DNA of 64,000 nucleotides, taken from positions 2,530 through 66,529 of IMG/VR virus record IMGVR_UViG_3300037791_000006. One strand, given 5' to 3'. Shown here piece by piece: positions 1 to 9,466 of this stretch (the first letter of the stretch is position 1; each line of letters begins with the position of its first letter). The notes under the pieces are model-generated. The model did not search any database and was not told the origin of the DNA. It was given only the letters and a program-made list of their open reading frames with translations. The DNA comes from a virus. The translations under genes and the position numbers were made by a program.

Positions 1-80
1 CCTAACAATCCCGCTAACTCGGGATTGTTCGGAATGGAAACCCGCGAATTCCTAGCACGGCAACACAAGGAGTCCAGACC

Positions 81-443
81 ATGACCCGCAAACCCGCAAA
101 CCCGCCCCTTGCCGCATTGCGCCACCATGTAAGCGGGGCGATTGAACGGGGCGAGTCTGCCCCCATTGAGGCACAAGACGCGCAAGTCTCGGGGCGCATT
201 GCCGACTCCGTCGGGGCGGGGGCACGCATTGCCCTAGCCATTTTGCAAGAATGGATCGCCCCCGACGATTTGGCCAAGTGCCCCGGCCTTGCCGCAACAC
301 ATGACTATTGCGACTCCAACGTCGCGCTATATGGCGCATTTGCTGCAATCCATTTCGCGGAATGTGACGCGGGGCAGGATAGCGACTCCGCTTGGCTAGA
401 TGCGGTTGCAGATCGACTCGACTCCATGATCCGCGCCACCTGA
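81..443 (+). CDS. hypothetical early-region protein
   Basis: AAGGAG RBS before the ATG; 120 aa; followed by a terminator. Confidence 0.7.
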   Translation: MTRKPANPPLAALRHHVSGAIERGESAPIEAQDAQVSGRIADSVGAGARIALAILQEWIAPDDLAKCPGLAATHDYCDSNVALYGAFAAIHFAECDAGQDSDSAWLDAVADRLDSMIRAT

Positions 444-473
444 CCCGCGCCCCGCTCATAGATCGAGACCCGA

Positions 474-500
474 GACCCCGCCCCTTGTGGCGGGGTTTTG
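474..500 (+). terminator. intrinsic terminator
   Basis: ACCCCGCC-ccttgt-GGCGGGGT hairpin followed by a T-run. Confidence 0.65.
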
Positions 501-912
501 TTTTGCCGGGTCACTTGCCCCCGAGACCCGCGCCCCCCGCCCCCTGGCCCATGTGACCGCCTGGAAAGCGCATTTTCGCGCCCTGTCGTCGCGCTCATGA
601 CCCGCGCGCCCCCTATCCCCCGCCCCCGTCGCCCTGTCGCATCATGCGCCCCGCTGCAAACAAGCATACCCCCCCCCGAAACATAGAGACGGGGGCAACC
701 CGGTTGCGCCCTGCCCCCGTCGCCTTGCCAGAGCTGCACCTTGCCACCGTGGCCACGGTTGCGCCCCTTTCCATGTGTCGCCCTGCCCTAGTGACCAGAT
801 CATGCCCCCGCCCTGCTACATGCGCCCCCATGCCCATTATTGACCATTGCCCCGCTTGTCGAATGTCGCGCGGTTGCGCGTATGCGCTCGCCTAGAGTCT
901 CACGGGATCATG

Positions 913-1035
913 CGGGGCACGGTTGCACGGGGGCACGGTTGCACGGGGGCACGGTTGCACGGGGGCAGGAAACAACGGGGGCGAGCGGGGCACGGTTGCA
1001 CGGGGGCACGGTTGCACGGGGGCACGGTTGCGGGG
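913..1035 (+). repeat. 16-bp tandem repeat GGGGGCACGGTTGCAC, ~6 copies in two blocks
   Basis: read directly from the sequence. Confidence 0.9.
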
Positions 1036-1110
1036 CAATTGTGTTGCGGTTTTGCGGGGTTGAACGGTTGCATCTTGTGCCCTGTCGCATGTTGCGCCCC
1101 TGTTGGCTTT

Positions 1111-1159
1111 AGGTTCTATTCCGCTATGGCAACAGTCCGCGGGGGACGCCGACCGCGGA
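1111..1159 (+). other. putative cos site (cosQ-like AGGTTCT plus cosN; predicted 12-nt cohesive end GGGGACGCCGAC, 1142-1153)
   Basis: TCCGCG/CGCGGA inverted arms around a 12-nt core; layout resembles lambda GGGTCCTTTCCG...ACAGGTTACG^GGGCGGCGACCT; the terminase is GpA-type. Confidence 0.65.
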
Positions 1160-1418
1160 ACGTGCACAATCTTAAATTTCGCTCAATTAAACTGGAATAA
1201 TCATGAGGTTTATTCATGAAAAGTCATTACATGACTAGGTGGTCGAGCAATAATCTTTCGCTTTGTTGCGAAATTGGAAACTCTGCCACATTTGGCCATG
1301 GAAACGTGATTTTCACGGGTTCCGGGACTCATACCCAGGGTTGGGCACGGCGACCTCGATCGCGCATAAGCTACTGAGACGACCAGTGGTGAAATCGGTC
1401 CTACGCCATCTTGGAGGG

Positions 1419-1761
1419 GTGCTGACATCCAAGTTGTTGAAAAGTATCACTTATTCCGGCCCTGTCAGCAGCGGGCCATTGGGGTGCTGACACCAGTGCT
1501 GACACCTTAAATCCTTGTTTTTTAACAAAAATACCCTTCCTGTCAGCAGAGTCAGCAGATTTTATATAGAGACTAGTATAGGAGAAGGGGTAAAGAGGGG
1601 GCCAAAGGCCAACACTGGACGCGAGACACGGGGGAAGACTAGAGGAGTCTTGAAACGGTGCTGACGGTGCTGACTCGGCGTTTTTAGCCTATAAACCCTT
1701 GATATTTATCAATATTCTTGTCAGCAGGGGGGTGCTGACATGGTGCTGACACGTGCTGACA
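1419..1761. repeat. putative replication origin with 12 TGCTGAC iterons
   Basis: 8 forward and 4 reverse copies, AT-rich spacers, downstream of the primase-helicase. Confidence 0.65.
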
Positions 1762-1965
1762 TCTTCGACGCTCGAAACGCACATACAGCCCATCATGCAA
1801 CCCGTCTCATGATGCGATATACGCCATGATAGCATACGATCCATTTCGGCACGCATTTTGTCGCTGTGTCTCATGATGGCACGTATTGCATTTCACTTCA
1901 AAATTGACTATCTCTCATCATGTGAAATATCACATCATAGAAAATACAGCATGATAGGAAACACG

Positions 1966-2211
1966 ATGTCAATTACACTACCGCTCACGCGCGACCTCGA
2001 TGGGCTTCAAGTGGGCGCCGCCGCCCGCATCGCAGATATTGCGAAGCATTTTCCCGAACCGATCAAGGGATACGTGGATGAGGCGAACCTTCGGAACCAT
2101 GCGCGCGATGCCGTGCTGTGGGCCAAGCAGATCGTCATCGAAGCCGAGAAAGTCGCCTCCGAGATCCCGGTTGATGGTCATGGTGTCGGCCCTGACTTGG
2201 GGGACGAGTGA
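1966..2211 (+). CDS. hypothetical protein
   Basis: AGGA RBS; TCAC-N7-TTGAC promoter upstream. Confidence 0.55.
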   Translation: MSITLPLTRDLDGLQVGAAARIADIAKHFPEPIKGYVDEANLRNHARDAVLWAKQIVIEAEKVASEIPVDGHGVGPDLGDE

Positions 2212-2510
2212 TGTGCATGGCGGCAGGAATGCTGCGCTACCGCGCCCTTGAAGACCTGGTCCTCAGCCAAGTTCCCGAGCCTGACTCGGAATGGGTCGTG
2301 TATGCGAGCGCCGTAGCCAAGGATACCGGTATCCCGGTGGACGTGTGCAAGGCGGTCCTGCGCGAGCTCCGCAATAAGGGGCTTGTCCGGCTCACCGTCG
2401 CATGTGACCAGGATACCGGCGCCCCGCACGGCTCGGGCTATGTAAAGGTGACGCCGCCTAGCACCGGGCATCGAAGACCGCACCCGGAGGACGTTGTGCC
2501 TACCCCCTGA
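2208..2510 (+). CDS. winged-helix-like hypothetical protein
   Basis: VAKDTGIPVDVCKAVLRELRNKGLV wHTH pattern; GTGA overlap. Confidence 0.55.
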   Translation: MMCMAAGMLRYRALEDLVLSQVPEPDSEWVVYASAVAKDTGIPVDVCKAVLRELRNKGLVRLTVACDQDTGAPHGSGYVKVTPPSTGHRRPHPEDVVPTP

Positions 2511-2529
2511 TCCACTTTAGGCGGGCCAA

Positions 2530-2560
2530 GCCCGAACCCAGCGCCAAGAAGAAGGGCCAC
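2530..2560. terminator. hairpin between convergent genes (stem continues to ~2579)
   Basis: AAGGGCCACC-cgatgc-GGTGGCCCTT, ~2552-2577. Confidence 0.5.
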
Positions 2561-2579
2561 CCGATGCGGTGGCCCTTTC

Positions 2580-5192
2580 TCATCCTAGCAGGTCGAGTTC
2601 TTCGTCGGGGTTCGATTTCGGCGGTGTCAGCACACGCTTTTTCGGACGCGCCGGGAACGCCCCTGCCCTCACCCAACCCCGTCTCCGCGTCCCGTCCTCG
2701 AAACGAATGGTCGCGCGCGGTTCCCACTCGGACAGATACTTCATTGCCGTCGTGATGGCGGTCAACTCGTTCGCCGGGATCGACCGGCGGTCATCCTGCC
2801 CCATGAACTCTTTCCAGATGATCGCCGTCGTGATGCGGTCGCGATAACGAGGTTCATCGTTGTCCAGTTCCTCGAACTCGGCGTCAATCGGGCTGTCCAG
2901 CCAGTCACGCAGATTGTCTGCCAGAACCTCAGCCGACGACTGGACCTTGGCACCATCTTGAAGCTGCTTGGCTTCCAGCACGGCGTCCGGGTCGGTCAAA
3001 TAGAGCGGCAGGTCACCGTGGGGGCGCTCCGCGCGCATCTCCTGGTAAATCTGCCATGCTTCCCCGAGCATCTGGGGCCATTCTTGTTCGAAGGCGTCCG
3101 TGTCGATCTCACCTTCGACCCGCACCTTGATCGGCCAGTAGCGACGGTTGCCTGTCGGGTCTCTCAGGTAGGACGTATCGTTGGTCGAACCGACAAACAG
3201 GTAGGAGCGAGGGATGCGGCTCTGGAACGTGGCGTAGGGCACGCGGTAGTCGTCACTGGTCGTGGTGATATACCGCTTCATGTGTTCCGACTCGGCCTTG
3301 TTGAAGCCGACGAGTTCCGGGAATTCCATGATCCAGCGCCCGAGGCAGCTTTCGATCATCCCCTTCTTATCGCGATAGTCGAAGTCCAGTTCCCCACCGT
3401 AGCCAACGCCCATCGCGTGAATGAAGGTCGATTTCCGCTTGCCCTGCCCGCCTTCAAGGATCGGCATGAAGTCCCATTTGCAGCCGGGTTCGAGGATACG
3501 GGCAACCGCAGCCACGGCGAACAGGATCGCCGTTTGACGATGATACGGTGTGTCCGGGCAACCCAGATAGCGGATGAACATGGTTTCCAGCCGCCCGCGC
3601 ACTCCGTCCCAAGCCTCATGGTATCCTTTCAGCTTGTCGCGCAGCGGGTGAATGGTCTTCTTGTGGCAGGCGTTGATGAGTGCGGCCTTCAAATCTCGGT
3701 CGGCCACCTTGAGCGACCAGCCGCCTTGGCGCTTCGGGGTTTCGAGCCAAAGGCGAATTGAGTGCAGATGTTCGTCCTGGAATGAGCGTCCGTTGACAGG
3801 ATCGTCCAGTTGCCAAATCGGTCCTCTGAACTGGAAATGGCCCTTCGGCCCCTCCCGTTTCGGTCTGACCACCTGCGGGGGCTTCGTGAAGACCAGCGTC
3901 TTGTTGAATTCGTTGAAGGCGACACACCCTTCGAGTCTCGGATCGTTCTCGATGAAAAGCTGGACGTTCGGGAGGGTTGATTTCGCCCCACCTTCCTCTG
4001 TCAGGTCCAACTTTGACTTCCAGCCCACGGTGTCAGGTTTCTCGTCGCTTTCCGAACTGCCGGTCAGGTCGAGATCGCCGTCATCTACCGGGACAACCTC
4101 GCCGCCAGAGGAAGGTGTGCCCAGAAGGTCTTCGAAACCATCCCCGTCATCGTCGGCGAGATCCGCGAATTCGTCGGTGTCATCGTCCACCGGAATCAGG
4201 TCAAGGTCTTCCCGGTCGAAGCGCGCGGCCTTCGCGGCCTGAATGAGCGTGGGCATCCGCACCGGGTTGGCGCGATTTGTCTTTCCGAACGACTTCCAGA
4301 CACGCTTCTGGTCCTTTTCGTCGTATTTCTCGGATTGCTGTGACCACTCGCACCAGATTTCAAATCCGCGCTTCCCTCCGCGGAACTCGTGGTGCAGGGC
4401 CATCCCGGTCTGATACCATCCGTCGCGATCATCCGCCCAATCGTCGGGCAGATCGGCCACGATGCGCAGGATTTCTTCCTCGGAAAGCCCGATGGGTTCC
4501 CCTTTAACCTCGGCGAACAGCCAGTCCGCGTCGTCCTCGAAGTCATCCGCGCCGGCCGCGCCCTGACTGGCACCCCAACTCTCTACCGTGGCCTGGTCAA
4601 CGATGCCGATCCCAAGGTCCAGATCGTCGGTGTCAATCCGGCGCTCCCAGACATAGGGCTTCTTCGTGTCAGGGTGTATCGACGGCGGCACGACAACCTG
4701 CTTGCCGGTGCCGAACAGTTCGATTTCCCAATCGTTCTTTTTGACCTCGCGCCCCTTTTGGTCGTCCCAAACCATTGTGAAGGTCTTGGATTTCGCCAGC
4801 TTCTTCGAACGGAACGGGACCGGGCAGAAGAAATAGATGTGCAGGCTCGCCCCGCCGGAACCGGAGCGAACGACGGGGAACGACATCCCATCCGGCCAGT
4901 GGTCCGCAAACCACGAGAGGACTTCGTTGAGGCACGCTTCGTCGCGCACATCGACATCAAGCAGATGCAGGTAGCCCCACGGCGTCTTGGAATATTCTCC
5001 CAAGCGCACCCCGACATTGTTGTTCCTGCGATGGGTGTCCTTGAGCGTTTCCAGGTCACGGAACGGCTTCTCGGACCAATTATCGCCAATCGGACGCTTA
5101 GATTCGGGGTGCAACCAATGGAAGGAAACGCCGTTTAGGGCGAGCGGTTCGATTTCCGCAACAATGCGGTCCAGCGGCAAAGTCATTTCCAT
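2580..5192 (-). CDS. bifunctional primase-polymerase / PriCT-2 / VirE-family helicase
   Basis: N-terminal prim-pol motifs (LDVD, HIYF, QVVVPPSIHP), PriCT-2 (WYQTGMALH...WSQQSEKY), VirE P-loop GGQGKRKST and STND...GNRR. Confidence 0.9.
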   Translation of the reverse strand: MEMTLPLDRIVAEIEPLALNGVSFHWLHPESKRPIGDNWSEKPFRDLETLKDTHRRNNNVGVRLGEYSKTPWGYLHLLDVDVRDEACLNEVLSWFADHWPDGMSFPVVRSGSGGASLHIYFFCPVPFRSKKLAKSKTFTMVWDDQKGREVKKNDWEIELFGTGKQVVVPPSIHPDTKKPYVWERRIDTDDLDLGIGIVDQATVESWGASQGAAGADDFEDDADWLFAEVKGEPIGLSEEEILRIVADLPDDWADDRDGWYQTGMALHHEFRGGKRGFEIWCEWSQQSEKYDEKDQKRVWKSFGKTNRANPVRMPTLIQAAKAARFDREDLDLIPVDDDTDEFADLADDDGDGFEDLLGTPSSGGEVVPVDDGDLDLTGSSESDEKPDTVGWKSKLDLTEEGGAKSTLPNVQLFIENDPRLEGCVAFNEFNKTLVFTKPPQVVRPKREGPKGHFQFRGPIWQLDDPVNGRSFQDEHLHSIRLWLETPKRQGGWSLKVADRDLKAALINACHKKTIHPLRDKLKGYHEAWDGVRGRLETMFIRYLGCPDTPYHRQTAILFAVAAVARILEPGCKWDFMPILEGGQGKRKSTFIHAMGVGYGGELDFDYRDKKGMIESCLGRWIMEFPELVGFNKAESEHMKRYITTTSDDYRVPYATFQSRIPRSYLFVGSTNDTSYLRDPTGNRRYWPIKVRVEGEIDTDAFEQEWPQMLGEAWQIYQEMRAERPHGDLPLYLTDPDAVLEAKQLQDGAKVQSSAEVLADNLRDWLDSPIDAEFEELDNDEPRYRDRITTAIIWKEFMGQDDRRSIPANELTAITTAMKYLSEWEPRATIRFEDGTRRRGWVRAGAFPARPKKRVLTPPKSNPDEELDLLG

Positions 5193-5199
5193 CGACCTC

Positions 5200-5532
5200 T
5201 CAGCCGATTTTGATGAACGGGCGCAGATCGTCCGCAGTCAGTGTTCCGTGCTTCTTCCCTTTGACCTTTGTGATCTTGATGATTGCGTTGATGGAACGGG
5301 TGCTGATTCCGTGCTTGAACCAACGATAGACAGTCCAGCGCGCGACCCCTGCTTTCCGCGCAAAGACGCCCGTGTCGATTCGCCCTTCCTTGGTCATGCC
5401 CGGCACATTCTCGAAGTGCGGATAAAGGAACCGGTGCAGGTCCGTATCCCAGTAATTTGCGTCGTTTTTGTTGTTCGGGGGACGCCCTGTTCGCTTCTCT
5501 CGCTGGCAAGCCTTGGCCTGTTCGGTAGTCAT
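5200..5532 (-). CDS. HTH DNA-binding protein (Cro-like)
   Basis: FARKAGVARWTVYRW HTH; GAGG RBS; divergent promoter region. Confidence 0.65.
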   Translation of the reverse strand: MTTEQAKACQREKRTGRPPNNKNDANYWDTDLHRFLYPHFENVPGMTKEGRIDTGVFARKAGVARWTVYRWFKHGISTRSINAIIKITKVKGKKHGTLTADDLRPFIKIG

Positions 5533-5585
5533 TGCTGTCACCTCTTTTGTTGAAGCGAACCTACGGCGTCTCCCAGCGCGGATCA

Positions 5586-5671
5586 ACACGTTTTCCGTGA
5601 AAGTCTACTTATTCGGGCTTGTATAATCACTTTTCGTGTGATTTATATTCATCACGTCACGGGAAACGTGA
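5586..5671. promoter_or_regulatory. divergent promoter region with three TCAC-N7-GTGA operators
   Basis: sites at 5586 (ACAC variant), 5627 and 5657; TATAAT at 5622. Confidence 0.7.
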
Positions 5672-5702
5672 CAATCTATCGTCGCAACTATGAGGCTATG
5701 AA

Positions 5703-6176
5703 ATGGCACTTGAAGACAAAATCCAGGAACTCATCGACTCCGTGAACCGCAATACGGCAGTCACCGAGTCGCTCATGAACCTGCGCAAAGACGCAATTGA
5801 AGCGGTCAAAGGCGAAGCCGCCCCCGCCACCAAGAAGGCTGGCTCGAAGCCGCAGGAGAAGCCCGCCGCCAAGGAAGACAAGCCGCAGATTTCGGAAACC
5901 CCGGAAGATCGCCAGGACACTTCGGCCTACGACGGCCTCGGCGAGAAGATCAAGGAATACGTCGGTTTTGACGACGACACTGAAAAGCGCAAGGCGCGTC
6001 AGGCCAACGTGAAGAAAATCTTCGGTCACGAGAAGATTCAGGCGAAGAAGCACACCGAAGTGCCCGAAGCCATGATCCCGGTCGTCATCAAGAACATCGA
6101 CAAGCTGATCGAGAAAGCGCGCGAAGAAGCCGCTGCCGCCGCAGACTCCGGCGATGACGACGACCTGATGGGCTAA
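5703..6176 (+). CDS. hypothetical replication-module protein with acidic DDDDLMG tail
   Basis: first gene of the DUF2800/DUF2815 module; GAGG RBS. Confidence 0.8.
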   Translation: MALEDKIQELIDSVNRNTAVTESLMNLRKDAIEAVKGEAAPATKKAGSKPQEKPAAKEDKPQISETPEDRQDTSAYDGLGEKIKEYVGFDDDTEKRKARQANVKKIFGHEKIQAKKHTEVPEAMIPVVIKNIDKLIEKAREEAAAAADSGDDDDLMG

Positions 6177-6181
6177 GGGCC

Positions 6182-6481
6182 ATGGAGACCATGACCCGCC
6201 AACAGCGCCGCGCGGTCGAACGCCGCGCGGGCAAGCCCGAGCCGGGCACGATCCAAAGGACGAGCTATCGCTACGTCGGAAACCGGACGAAGGGTTTGCC
6301 TTTTAGCCGGTGCAAACTCGCCGCAATGACCCCCGGTTCACCAGGGCGTCCTGCCGTGCTGTTGCTGGAACACCCCACCAAGGGCCGTGCCCACGCGAAG
6401 CAAGCGACGGCTGAGTTGCTGCAAGTTTTCTTCCCGCGGCTTCCCGAAAACCTTGCTGCGTCCATGCTTGGGCACGGCTGA
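6182..6481 (+). CDS. hypothetical protein
   Basis: ORF packed in the operon. Confidence 0.55.
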   Translation: METMTRQQRRAVERRAGKPEPGTIQRTSYRYVGNRTKGLPFSRCKLAAMTPGSPGRPAVLLLEHPTKGRAHAKQATAELLQVFFPRLPENLAASMLGHG

Positions 6482-6556
6482 CTTGGTGCGGCACAACAAG
6501 GTAGCTCCTTCCCCCTTGTTGTGCCCACTACCACCGCAGATTCACACGAGGCGAAC

Positions 6557-7771
6557 ATGAGCGCACATGCAGAAATGGGACCGTCCGGCGCCGACCGCTG
6601 GATGACCTGCACGTCCTCTGTCCCCCTGATTGCGCGCCTTCGCGAACAAGGGAAACTCGTGGTGGAAGGGGATGAGGACGGCGACGAATACAGCGCCGAG
6701 GGCACCGCTGTTCACGACATCCGCGCCCGCTGCCTTGAGGACGGAACAGACCCCTACGATTATGTCGGGGAGACGATCCGTGAAGGACGGCACGCCTTCG
6801 AATTTACCGAGGAAATGGCCGAGAGACTGTTGCCCGGCGTGGACTGGCTGCGCGAGCGCCTGGACGAAATCGAAGTGGAACTCCGCGTCCGGCTTGACCC
6901 GTGGATGCCCAACCAGTTCGGCACCCTCGACAGCGGGGGTGTGTTCGACGGCACCCTCGTGATCTGCGATTACAAGAACGGCATCGGCGAGCCTGTTGAC
7001 GCCGTGGACAACCGGCAATTGCGCCTCTACGCCCTTGGCTACTGGCACCGGATCGGGCGGCCCCAAGTGAAGCGCATCCTGATCGTGATCGACCAGCCCC
7101 GTGCCGGTGGAATGAAGTTCTGGGAAATCACGATCAACGAACTCTTGGAGTTTGGGCGCGAGGCGGCTGATGCCTACTTGGCGATTAAGACCGGTAAAAC
7201 GGAATTCAAGCCCAGCCGGGAAGCATGTCGCTGGTGCCCGGCGAAAGAGACTGCCGAAGGGTGCCCTGCCTATACACGCTGGATGTTGGACATCTTCCTC
7301 GGGGCCTTTGACAAGGTGATGCTGTTGCTCGGCGAGGTAAAACTACCAGACCCAGACCTAATCACCCCGGAAAAACGCTGGATCGTCGTGCAGAACAGAG
7401 ATCTCGCCCGAAAGTGGTTGGAGAAGCTGTATGCCGACAGCCTGAAAGCCGGTCAGGAGGGCAACCCTGATCCCGGCAGCAAGATCGTTCTCGGGCGCCG
7501 TGGTGACCGCTTCCTGCGCGACGAGAAAACGGGGGAGAAAATCCTTGTCGAAGCCCTGGGCCTCGATGCTTACAAGCCCCCGCAACTGATCGGTATTACC
7601 GACATTGAAAAAGCCCTGAAACCCACGCGCCGCAAGGAAGGGCACCCGGAAGCGTGGGAGAAAATTCAGGAACTTATAGACCGGGGCGAAGGTAAGCCTA
7701 CCGTCGCCCCGGTGGATGATCCACGCCCTGCCATCATGGACTTGGACGCGGAATTCGAAGACCTCGATTAA
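6557..7771 (+). CDS. DUF2800 Cas4-like PD-(D/E)XK exonuclease
   Basis: HAEMGPSGADRWMTC, FGTLD, DYKNG, QLRLYALG, CRWCP motifs. Confidence 0.85.
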   Translation: MSAHAEMGPSGADRWMTCTSSVPLIARLREQGKLVVEGDEDGDEYSAEGTAVHDIRARCLEDGTDPYDYVGETIREGRHAFEFTEEMAERLLPGVDWLRERLDEIEVELRVRLDPWMPNQFGTLDSGGVFDGTLVICDYKNGIGEPVDAVDNRQLRLYALGYWHRIGRPQVKRILIVIDQPRAGGMKFWEITINELLEFGREAADAYLAIKTGKTEFKPSREACRWCPAKETAEGCPAYTRWMLDIFLGAFDKVMLLLGEVKLPDPDLITPEKRWIVVQNRDLARKWLEKLYADSLKAGQEGNPDPGSKIVLGRRGDRFLRDEKTGEKILVEALGLDAYKPPQLIGITDIEKALKPTRRKEGHPEAWEKIQELIDRGEGKPTVAPVDDPRPAIMDLDAEFEDLD

Positions 7772-7791
7772 CGGTCAAGAAAGGGAACCCC

Positions 7792-8058
7792 ATGGCTGAC
7801 AAGCACGTAAACTCCGCATCGGATGAGCGCACCGTCAACAACTCCGTCGCTCACAATTACCGAGTTCTTTCGGAGGAGGAGAAGGCGCGAATGGTCGCTA
7901 TCAAGGACCGAGGCGCGGAACTGATCGAAGCGATTTGCGCGATCGAGGGGCACCCCGTCCCCGATGGCAAAACCTCTCTGCCGGAACGCGACCTCGAACT
8001 CGCGCGCCGCCACATCGAAGATGCCGTGATGCGCGCCGTGCGTCACATCACGGCGTAA
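7792..8058 (+). CDS. Acb2/Tad1-like small helical protein (putative nucleotide-signal sponge)
   Basis: YRVLSEEEKARMVAIK...RDLELARRHIEDAVMRAVRHIT resembles the Acb2/Vs.4 family pattern. Confidence 0.55.
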   Translation: MADKHVNSASDERTVNNSVAHNYRVLSEEEKARMVAIKDRGAELIEAICAIEGHPVPDGKTSLPERDLELARRHIEDAVMRAVRHITA

Positions 8059-8089
8059 CCCTGACCCATCGAACGAAAAGGAGCTGAAC

Positions 8090-8794
8090 ATGGGCCGCGT
8101 AATGGATAAAGACCCCACGGGTCGCACGATCATCATCACAGGCGGGCGCCTGTCCTTCGGCGAAAGCCTCAAGGAAAAGCAGAAGCCGAAGAAGGCCGAC
8201 GATGATGCGAAGGCAGTGCATAGCTGCAACATCATCCTCGAATCCGATCACAAGGACTTCAAGAGCAACCAGGCTGCGGTGATCGCCGCCTGTAAGGCCG
8301 CAGCGCGCGAGTTCAAGAAGCCGGAAACCTGGTGGAAAGACCTGTTTGACGACGATCCGAAGCAGATTTGTTTCCGCCAGGGTCGCCGGTTCAAGAACAG
8401 CGATACGGGGGAAATCTACGCGGGTTACGAGGGCAACCTTGTTATCGTTGGCAAAGGCCCCCGTGGCGGCGAAAATCGCCCCAAACTCAAGGATCGCCGC
8501 AAGCGCGATGTCGAGGAAAAGGACATCCTGGACGTGTGCTATAACGGCACCTACGGCGACTTCATCGTGTCGTTCTACGCGACCGACAAGGGCGGCACCC
8601 AACGGATCACCTGTTCCGTTGAAGCGATCCGTTCCCACGAAGAAGGCGAGCGCATGGGCGGCGGCGGCATCACTGTTGACGACGACGACTTTGATGATCT
8701 TCCCGACGATGACAGCTTCGGCGACGACGAGTTCGGCGGCGAGCGCGGCGGTGGCTCCGTTGTCGATGACGCCGACGATGACCTTCTGGGTTGA
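8090..8794 (+). CDS. DUF2815 phage ssDNA-binding protein
   Basis: GRLSF...YNGTYG OB-fold pattern, long acidic tail, position next to DUF2800. Confidence 0.8.
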   Translation: MGRVMDKDPTGRTIIITGGRLSFGESLKEKQKPKKADDDAKAVHSCNIILESDHKDFKSNQAAVIAACKAAAREFKKPETWWKDLFDDDPKQICFRQGRRFKNSDTGEIYAGYEGNLVIVGKGPRGGENRPKLKDRRKRDVEEKDILDVCYNGTYGDFIVSFYATDKGGTQRITCSVEAIRSHEEGERMGGGGITVDDDDFDDLPDDDSFGDDEFGGERGGGSVVDDADDDLLG

Positions 8795-8804
8795 TCCGAC
8801 GACC

Positions 8805-8831
8805 GAGGCGGCAGGCGTAGGCTTGCCGCCT
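8805..8831 (+). terminator. hairpin after the SSB gene
   Basis: AGGCGGCAGGC-gtag-GCTTGCCGCCT. Confidence 0.5.
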
Positions 8832-8856
8832 AAATCACCTTTTTCGTGAGTTTCAC

Positions 8857-9462
8857 ATGAACCATCTGATGATTGACCTCGAAACCTTGGGCACGTCGCC
8901 CGGCGCACCGGTTCTCTCGATTGGTGCGTGCTACTTCGATCCGGTCACCGGAGAGATTGGCGACAAGTTCCACCAGCGCATCGACGCCGCAGATGCTCTC
9001 CGCTACGCGCGCATGTCCGGTGACACGTTCAAATGGTGGCTACGACAGTCGGACGATGCTCGTCGCAAGGTGGTGCAAAATGCCGGAAGCGCACGTGAGG
9101 CGTTCGAAGGGTTCGACGCCTTCTGCCGAAAGCATGGGACTCGAAATCTGCGCCCGTGGGGCAACGGGGCGTCGTTCGACATCACGATCCTCGACGTTTC
9201 CTATCAGCGGATCATGGATCGGGAAGCCCCGTGGGCGTTCTGGAATGTCCGCGATGTGCGAACCATCAAGGAACTCGGCGAAGCGGCAGGGCACCACTGG
9301 TCGGAGAAGCTGGAAGGGACAGCGCACGACGCACTAGACGACGCGGTATTCCAGGCCCGCTATGTCAGCTTCTACTGGCAAGGGCTTCTGGGGATTGGAG
9401 GCTCGGAGACGGCGACCGGCGAAGCGTCACAATCCGACGACGACATCGACCTGTTGGGGTGA
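8857..9462 (+). CDS. DEDDh 3'-5' exonuclease (Rv2179c/exonuclease VIII-like)
   Basis: HLMIDLETLG, WGNGASFD, RDVRT, HDALDDA. Confidence 0.85.
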   Translation: MNHLMIDLETLGTSPGAPVLSIGACYFDPVTGEIGDKFHQRIDAADALRYARMSGDTFKWWLRQSDDARRKVVQNAGSAREAFEGFDAFCRKHGTRNLRPWGNGASFDITILDVSYQRIMDREAPWAFWNVRDVRTIKELGEAAGHHWSEKLEGTAHDALDDAVFQARYVSFYWQGLLGIGGSETATGEASQSDDDIDLLG

Positions 9463-9466
9463 GCAG

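Noticed and set aside
498-1200. Several ORFs with repeating HGCTGARL/ATVPP peptides
   Set aside because: Translations of the 16-bp tandem repeat.
1343-1358. GGGCACGGCGACCTCG, resembling the lambda cohesive end
   Set aside because: Lacks dyad arms and a cosQ-like element; 1111-1159 fits better.
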